In this document: positions 42,269 through 46,564 of the stretch, in pieces
How the letters are laid out: each line of letters starts with the position of its first letter
Position numbering within the stretch: the first letter of the stretch is position 1
IMG/VR virus record: IMGVR_UViG_3300037873_000025
Location: 1-46,564 of that record
Origin: a virus
Lineage: Duplodnaviria > Caudoviricetes
Length of the DNA: 46,564 nt
Reading direction: 5' to 3' (one strand)
Notes under the pieces: generated by a model
The model's input: the letters and a program-made list of their open reading frames with translations, nothing else
Told to the model about the DNA's origin: nothing
The model's database searches: none
Position numbers and translations under genes: made by a program

Positions 42269-43628
42269 CGGGACCTCCTGTAGGTGCGGGCGACGTACCC
42301 GGCGGCTGCAGCTGCACGGACACGTTGCCGGTGTGCTGCAGCAGGGTGATGTCTCCGGCATTGACTGCTTTCACCGCAGAGTCGGCGGTGAAGCCCTCCC
42401 GGACGTACGCCGTCACGGTGGCCCCCTTGACCTGCTCGATGTCCGCCGCGTCCTTGCCGTCCTCACGCAGCAGCGGGATGTCCGCCGTGTCGAACCACAG
42501 CTCGGCGTCGCCCGGGACGTCCACCACCGGGGACAGTGCGGCCGCCACGTCCTGCAGCGTCGGGTACAACCACATGTCGGCGAAGATCCGCCGGGCCATG
42601 CCAAAGTTGCCCGCGTTCAGGGAGCTGCCCTGCATGCCCTCGGAGATGCCCAGCAGCACCGCCGGTACCCCACCCAGCAACGCGATGCGTGTCTCCCCGG
42701 CGCCCTGGGTCGCCTTGAAGTCCAACTGCTTCAGGTCGGCCCCGACCACCGTGGCGTCCGCGCCCGCGGTCAAATAGAGGGTGCGGTATGCGTTACGAAC
42801 CCCGGCGTGCCGGGACTCCATCATGTCGACCAGCTCGTCAAACTGGGCTTTGGTGACTGCCGGTATGCCCTTGACCACCATGCTCGGCGTCGCCCCGTTG
42901 GCGAAAAACTGCAGCTTGTGCTCGGTGGCGGCCCGGTCGCCCTGAATCTCTCGCAGCGCCGCGGTGACCCAGGACATGCCCATCGCCGGCGACTCGGGGT
43001 CCGGGATCGGGGACCAGTGCGCGACGTCGCCCGGCAGCAGGGTTTCCGCCGGGGCGTCGCTGCCAGCCCTAATACCGCCGTTCTGGTAGACGTACCCGAT
43101 GATCTCGCCGTCCAGCGCGTGCATCGGGTCGTCCGGCTCGCGCTCCGAGCCATACAGCACCGCGGTGTAGTCCGGCCGCAGCACCCGCAGCCGCCGCCCC
43201 TGCCTGGCCACGTACGAGCTGCCAGCCAGACCGGCGTGCCACTCCATCCGCGACAACAGCTCGCCCGTGGTCGCGTTCGTCCACGGGCGCTCCAGGATCG
43301 ACAGCGCCGAGGTGCCGAAGGTGCGCCGCGGGGTGGACGGATGCCACGGAGGGTTCCTGAACCGGAACCGGGCCTGGCTCAGCACCATCGCCCGCTTCAT
43401 CTGAGCGGCGAACGCTGGCGGACACCGACGCAACGCCGCCGAGTACGCCGGCAGCGTCGATGCGACCTCCTGAGTCCGGTTGGACTGCTGCCCGTATCCG
43501 TACGGGTACGACGCGCCGTTGTAGCTGAACGCGGGCACCAGGTACTCGCCGATCCACTGATCGACGCCGAACCTGCCCTCGTCCGACCTCGGCCGCCGCG
43601 CAGCGGCGACCCTATCGACCAGGCCCAC
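42249..43628 (-). CDS. Portal protein (HK97 type)
   Basis: LERPW, GMSWV, FFANGATPS, G-x-RNAYRTLYL and IALLGGVPAVLLG. Confidence 0.92.
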   Translation of the reverse strand: MGLVDRVAAARRPRSDEGRFGVDQWIGEYLVPAFSYNGASYPYGYGQQSNRTQEVASTLPAYSAALRRCPPAFAAQMKRAMVLSQARFRFRNPPWHPSTPRRTFGTSALSILERPWTNATTGELLSRMEWHAGLAGSSYVARQGRRLRVLRPDYTAVLYGSEREPDDPMHALDGEIIGYVYQNGGIRAGSDAPAETLLPGDVAHWSPIPDPESPAMGMSWVTAALREIQGDRAATEHKLQFFANGATPSMVVKGIPAVTKAQFDELVDMMESRHAGVRNAYRTLYLTAGADATVVGADLKQLDFKATQGAGETRIALLGGVPAVLLGISEGMQGSSLNAGNFGMARRIFADMWLYPTLQDVAAALSPVVDVPGDAELWFDTADIPLLREDGKDAADIEQVKGATVTAYVREGFTADSAVKAVNAGDITLLQHTGNVSVQLQPPGTSPAPTGGPDAGTTD

Positions 43629-43833
43629 GCTCGGCACCCGTCACCCCGCGGGCATCCTGCCAACCAAGCTTCACCGTCGTTCCAGCCACCGCCAACGCCA
43701 GCAGTGCCTTACCACCCAGCCACCCGACCGCGTACAGCGGCGCAAGCACGATCGCCAGCAGCAGCCGGCCGAGGTCGACCGCCCGAGCCTGCTCGACGAT
43801 CCGCTCCACCGGAACCCGCTCCAGGACCGTCAT
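43612..43833 (-). CDS. Small membrane-like protein between terL and portal
   Basis: GGAG RBS; hydrophobic core. Confidence 0.65.
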   Translation of the reverse strand: MTVLERVPVERIVEQARAVDLGRLLLAIVLAPLYAVGWLGGKALLALAVAGTTVKLGWQDARGVTGAERGPGR

Positions 43834-43842
43834 CTGATCTCC

Positions 43843-45423
43843 CTATCGCCAGGCTCCGAAGAACTGCTGCTCCTGCTCGGGCACCTCGTGCAACACCCAC
43901 ACGCCCATGCACATCGCCACCGTGCCGTCGATATGGCCCCGGCTGCGGCCCTTGCGCAGGGTGAACCCGCCGCGTTCCTGCGGCACCGCCACCGCCGCCC
44001 TGGCGTGCGCGGTCAGGTCCGCATCCCCGTCGTGCACGATCCGCTGTTCCAGGATCAGCTTGAAAGCCAGCCCGCACGCCGGGACCATCCGCGTCGGCGA
44101 CTGGTCGAACTCGATCGCCCGGATGTCGTGCGCCTCCAGCATCCGGGCCGGCACCTCGAAATACCGCGGGTCATAGACCACCCCGCGGAAGCCAAGCCCC
44201 TTAGCCCGCTCGCGGATATAGACCCAGACGTCGTCATGCGGAATCCGGCCGCCGTGATCCTCGGCCCGCCAGATCCGGGAGCTCACCGCGATCCGACCAT
44301 CCGGAAGCTGCTCACACCGGTCCACCGCCACCGAATCGTGCTTCAGCGCCATGTCGACAGCCAGCAGCCACGGGTTGGCATCGTCCGGGGTCCACTCACC
44401 CCGGCAATTACCCCACGCCTGCGGATGATCCTTCAGCCAGGAGTCCTCGGCGACATCCACCCAGCGGTTTGCGAAGTAGCGGATCCACTCGTGCGGCGGG
44501 TAGTCCGGCTTGCCCCAGGCGGCCACCCGGTCCGCCACCGACCACAGCACGTCCGCCGCGGCCGACGCAGCCCGTACCGCCAGCTCCCGGTGGTCCGCCC
44601 GGCGGTAATCGAGCCCATCCGGCGCCTCGCGCCAGTCGACCAGGAACCGCGGCGAGATGGATGGGTCACGCAACACCCGCCGACCCAGCTTGACCATGTC
44701 GCCAAGCAGTGATGCGTCGATGTCGAAGCCCGCCGTCGAAAGGCTGATCACCCGGCCCGAGCCGCGTGGCGTGCGCCGCTTCTTCGTCGACTTGCCGATA
44801 ACCGTCTTCACCCTGGCCTTGCGCGCGCCGGTCTGCCCTTCCCGCACCGGCTCGCCCCACTCGTGCAGCTCATCGCACACGAACAGGGTCGGAAGTCCGC
44901 CCTCGTTGGTGCCGGCGACCGCCGCCACCCGGAAGATCCGCCCCGGCCGGCCATCGCTGAAGCGGATCTCCGTGTCGTAGACCTCGAAGAAGCCACACAG
45001 CGGCGCATCCTTCTCCGCCCGGTCCCGGCCACCGCACATCGTGGCCACCGCGCCGAACAGCAGATCGGCCTGCTCGAAGCTCGCTGCGGCGATCGGGATG
45101 TTCGGCGAGGGCACCGCGATCTGCGGTGGGCCGGCGAACTCCAGCACCACAACGGCGGCGATGAACTGGGTCTTACCGTCACCGGTGGCGGCACCGCGCA
45201 GCGCCTCGTCATGGTGCCACTGCTGGCATTCCGGGCAATACTCGTACCAGCGGTACAGGAACCGCTTCTGGTCCGGGCGCAGCCTGATCAACTGGCCGTG
45301 CCAATCGCCCTCGCCGCAGATGCAGTTGTCCTCGATCCACCGGACCGCGACAGCACCTTCGGTCGGCCAAAGTTGGCCGGGCTCCGGGCGCCACCCGCAC
45401 GCCTGGCAACCAGGGTCAGGCAA
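43843..45423 (-). CDS. terL: Terminase large subunit
   Basis: Walker A ATGDGKT, AAASFEQA, Walker B VCDELHE, LSTAG; nuclease motifs AVDMA...D, YDP, HIDG. Confidence 0.93.
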   Translation of the reverse strand: MPDPGCQACGWRPEPGQLWPTEGAVAVRWIEDNCICGEGDWHGQLIRLRPDQKRFLYRWYEYCPECQQWHHDEALRGAATGDGKTQFIAAVVVLEFAGPPQIAVPSPNIPIAAASFEQADLLFGAVATMCGGRDRAEKDAPLCGFFEVYDTEIRFSDGRPGRIFRVAAVAGTNEGGLPTLFVCDELHEWGEPVREGQTGARKARVKTVIGKSTKKRRTPRGSGRVISLSTAGFDIDASLLGDMVKLGRRVLRDPSISPRFLVDWREAPDGLDYRRADHRELAVRAASAAADVLWSVADRVAAWGKPDYPPHEWIRYFANRWVDVAEDSWLKDHPQAWGNCRGEWTPDDANPWLLAVDMALKHDSVAVDRCEQLPDGRIAVSSRIWRAEDHGGRIPHDDVWVYIRERAKGLGFRGVVYDPRYFEVPARMLEAHDIRAIEFDQSPTRMVPACGLAFKLILEQRIVHDGDADLTAHARAAVAVPQERGGFTLRKGRSRGHIDGTVAMCMGVWVLHEVPEQEQQFFGAWR

Positions 45424-45922
45424 GCCCGCCCTCGATGACCGTGAGCCGCGGGTCGCCCGAGGCTTCGTCGCTGTCGCCAACGTCGCCTCCATACCGCGTA
45501 TTCATGTCCGCCAGCGAGCGCTGCTCAGTCAGCACCGCGATACCCAGCGCGGCACGGTTCTTCGGGCCGACCCCCAGCTGCGCCTCGTCCACCTTGATCG
45601 ACGCCTCGACCTTCAGCGCGACCGCATACAGCGGGTTGGCCACGGTGCCCTGGCTGTTCCTGGTCGTCGGCTTCTTGTCCGCCTCGCCGATCAGACGCCA
45701 GTAGCGATCCACGTTGCTGATCCAGCGCTCAAGCAGGTTCCGATCGGCCACGGTCTGCACTTTCGAGACCGGATCGGCCCAGTAGGCGTCCCACTGCTGG
45801 ACCGCCTGATCGCACAGGCCGGGCGGCGGGTCAAAGCGTGCGCTGCCCACCCCGTCCAGCTTCAGCTGACGACCGTTGCGTCTATCGACGGCTGTCCCTG
45901 CCGCCTTCTTTGTTCGTGGCAA
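45416..45922 (-). CDS. terS: Terminase small subunit (P27-like)
   Basis: PPPGL...W...ANPL...EAQLGVGPKNR; GGAGG RBS; upstream of terL. Confidence 0.85.
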   Translation of the reverse strand: MPRTKKAAGTAVDRRNGRQLKLDGVGSARFDPPPGLCDQAVQQWDAYWADPVSKVQTVADRNLLERWISNVDRYWRLIGEADKKPTTRNSQGTVANPLYAVALKVEASIKVDEAQLGVGPKNRAALGIAVLTEQRSLADMNTRYGGDVGDSDEASGDPRLTVIEGGLA

Positions 45923-45929
45923 GGGGGCA

Positions 45930-46050
45930 CCTCCGGTCAGGGGTTCGCCGGGCTTGGTACCACGGACAGACGAAGGGAGGCGAGTGCCATATCGGACATC
46001 AAGGACAAGCGTCGCATACCCACCCCCCCAGTGCCCGGAACATCACAGAA
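45930..46050. other. Candidate cos/packaging region
   Basis: Non-coding gap between HNH and terS with a G-run (GGGGGGTGGG on the minus strand), the usual cos position in HNH-terS-terL phages. The exact cut site cannot be determined. Confidence 0.45.
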
Positions 46051-46052
46051 CG

Positions 46053-46382
46053 TTACCGATCACGCTTGGCTGCGTTGCATCTGCGGCACAACACAGCCAA
46101 CAGACCAGCCTCGCTCCCACCCGCACCAACAGCGAGGACGTGATCGGCGGTCAGGTCGGTGTCCGGGTGGGGTGGTCGTCGCCACCCGGGGCACCAATCG
46201 CCATGCCGCCCCCGGTGTTGAGCCACCGCCACAGCACGGCGAGCCGTCTCAGCGGCGGTACGGTAGGGCCGAACGGCTGCGCAGCGCGGGCAACGACCAT
46301 TGGCCCGCTGATACCGGCCCCGACGCTGAGCCACCCCCTTGTCAACAAGGCCCCCACAGTCAAGGCACGGCACCATGGGCAT
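46053..46382 (-). CDS. HNH endonuclease (terminase-associated)
   Basis: CLDC...CPRC...LTADHV...GG...LCRRCNAAK. Confidence 0.88.
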   Translation of the reverse strand: MPMVPCLDCGGLVDKGVAQRRGRYQRANGRCPRCAAVRPYRTAAETARRAVAVAQHRGRHGDWCPGWRRPPHPDTDLTADHVLAVGAGGSEAGLLAVLCRRCNAAKRDR

Positions 46383-46441
46383 TTCGTCGCCTATCCGACA
46401 CTAGGGGGGCGGGGGTTGATGCGCCCCCCGATACTGCGGGC

Positions 46442-46564
46442 ATGAGACCCCTGACCCGCATCACCCGGTGGGACCGGCTGCTGATCGGCGCCGGCCTGCT
46501 CGCGCCGCCACCGTTGACGAGCGCGGACGACTGGCAGCGGTACGCGGTGGCCGCCGCCCGGCGC
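46442..46564 (+). CDS. 5' part of the junction-spanning membrane protein (continues at 1-423)
   Basis: ATG 6 nt after a GATACT -10-like hexamer; in frame with 1-423. Confidence 0.65.
   Translation, partial: MRPLTRITRWDRLLIGAGLLAPPPLTSADDWQRYAVAAARR
46469..46564 (+). repeat. Terminal direct repeat copy 2
   Basis: Identical to 1-96. It lies inside a coding sequence, so it is not a physical genome end. Confidence 0.97.

Larger units (their letters stand above)
1..46564. mobile_element. Complete temperate actinophage genome (siphovirus, HK97-type head), circularly assembled
   Basis: Packaging, head, tail, lysis, integration/immunity and replication modules are all present. There is a terminal 96-bp duplication and no host housekeeping genes. 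Confidence 0.95.

Noticed and set aside
45957-45965. Fourth RHH box (GTACCACGG) upstream of terS
   Set aside because: A single 9-bp match is plausible by chance in 46 kb, and it does not overlap an evident promoter.
46469-46564. Biological terminal repeat or attL/attR
   Set aside because: It is an exact duplication falling mid-gene, typical of assembler circular overlap. The HNH-terS-terL layout points to cos ends elsewhere.

Overview
The window is a complete, circularly assembled genome of a temperate, high-GC (about 70% by eye) actinobacterial siphovirus. Bases 1-96 are repeated exactly at 46469-46564, and one gene reads in frame across that junction, so the unit length is 46,468 bp. Almost all genes are on the minus strand and are translationally coupled. 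Reading right to left, the modules are: HNH, terminase small and large subunits, portal, HK97-type protease and capsid; a glycan-modification cassette (tandem GT2, TylF-like O-methyltransferase, LicD-like phosphotransferase, GT2-like) plus a CgeB-like GT inserted just before the major tail gene; a LamG/repeat fibre; the head-tail adaptor; tail genes with a -1 frameshifted chaperone, tape measure and minor tail proteins; an amidase lysis cassette without LysB; an accessory region with an RHH regulator, a ~400-nt structured non-coding element and a secreted peptide; a cro/repressor/short tyrosine integrase switch; and an early region (GIY-YIG, ASCH, WhiB, exonuclease, RecT, RuvC, DnaA-box cluster, Rep, primase-helicase). 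The main candidates for undescribed biology are the structured RNA cassette (20534-21550), the extended virion-glycosylation pathway and the oriC-like DnaA-box array. Family calls come from motif recognition by eye, not database searches. A non-mycolic filamentous actinomycete host is an inference. Several starts were moved from the ORF track using RBS and stop/start overlaps.
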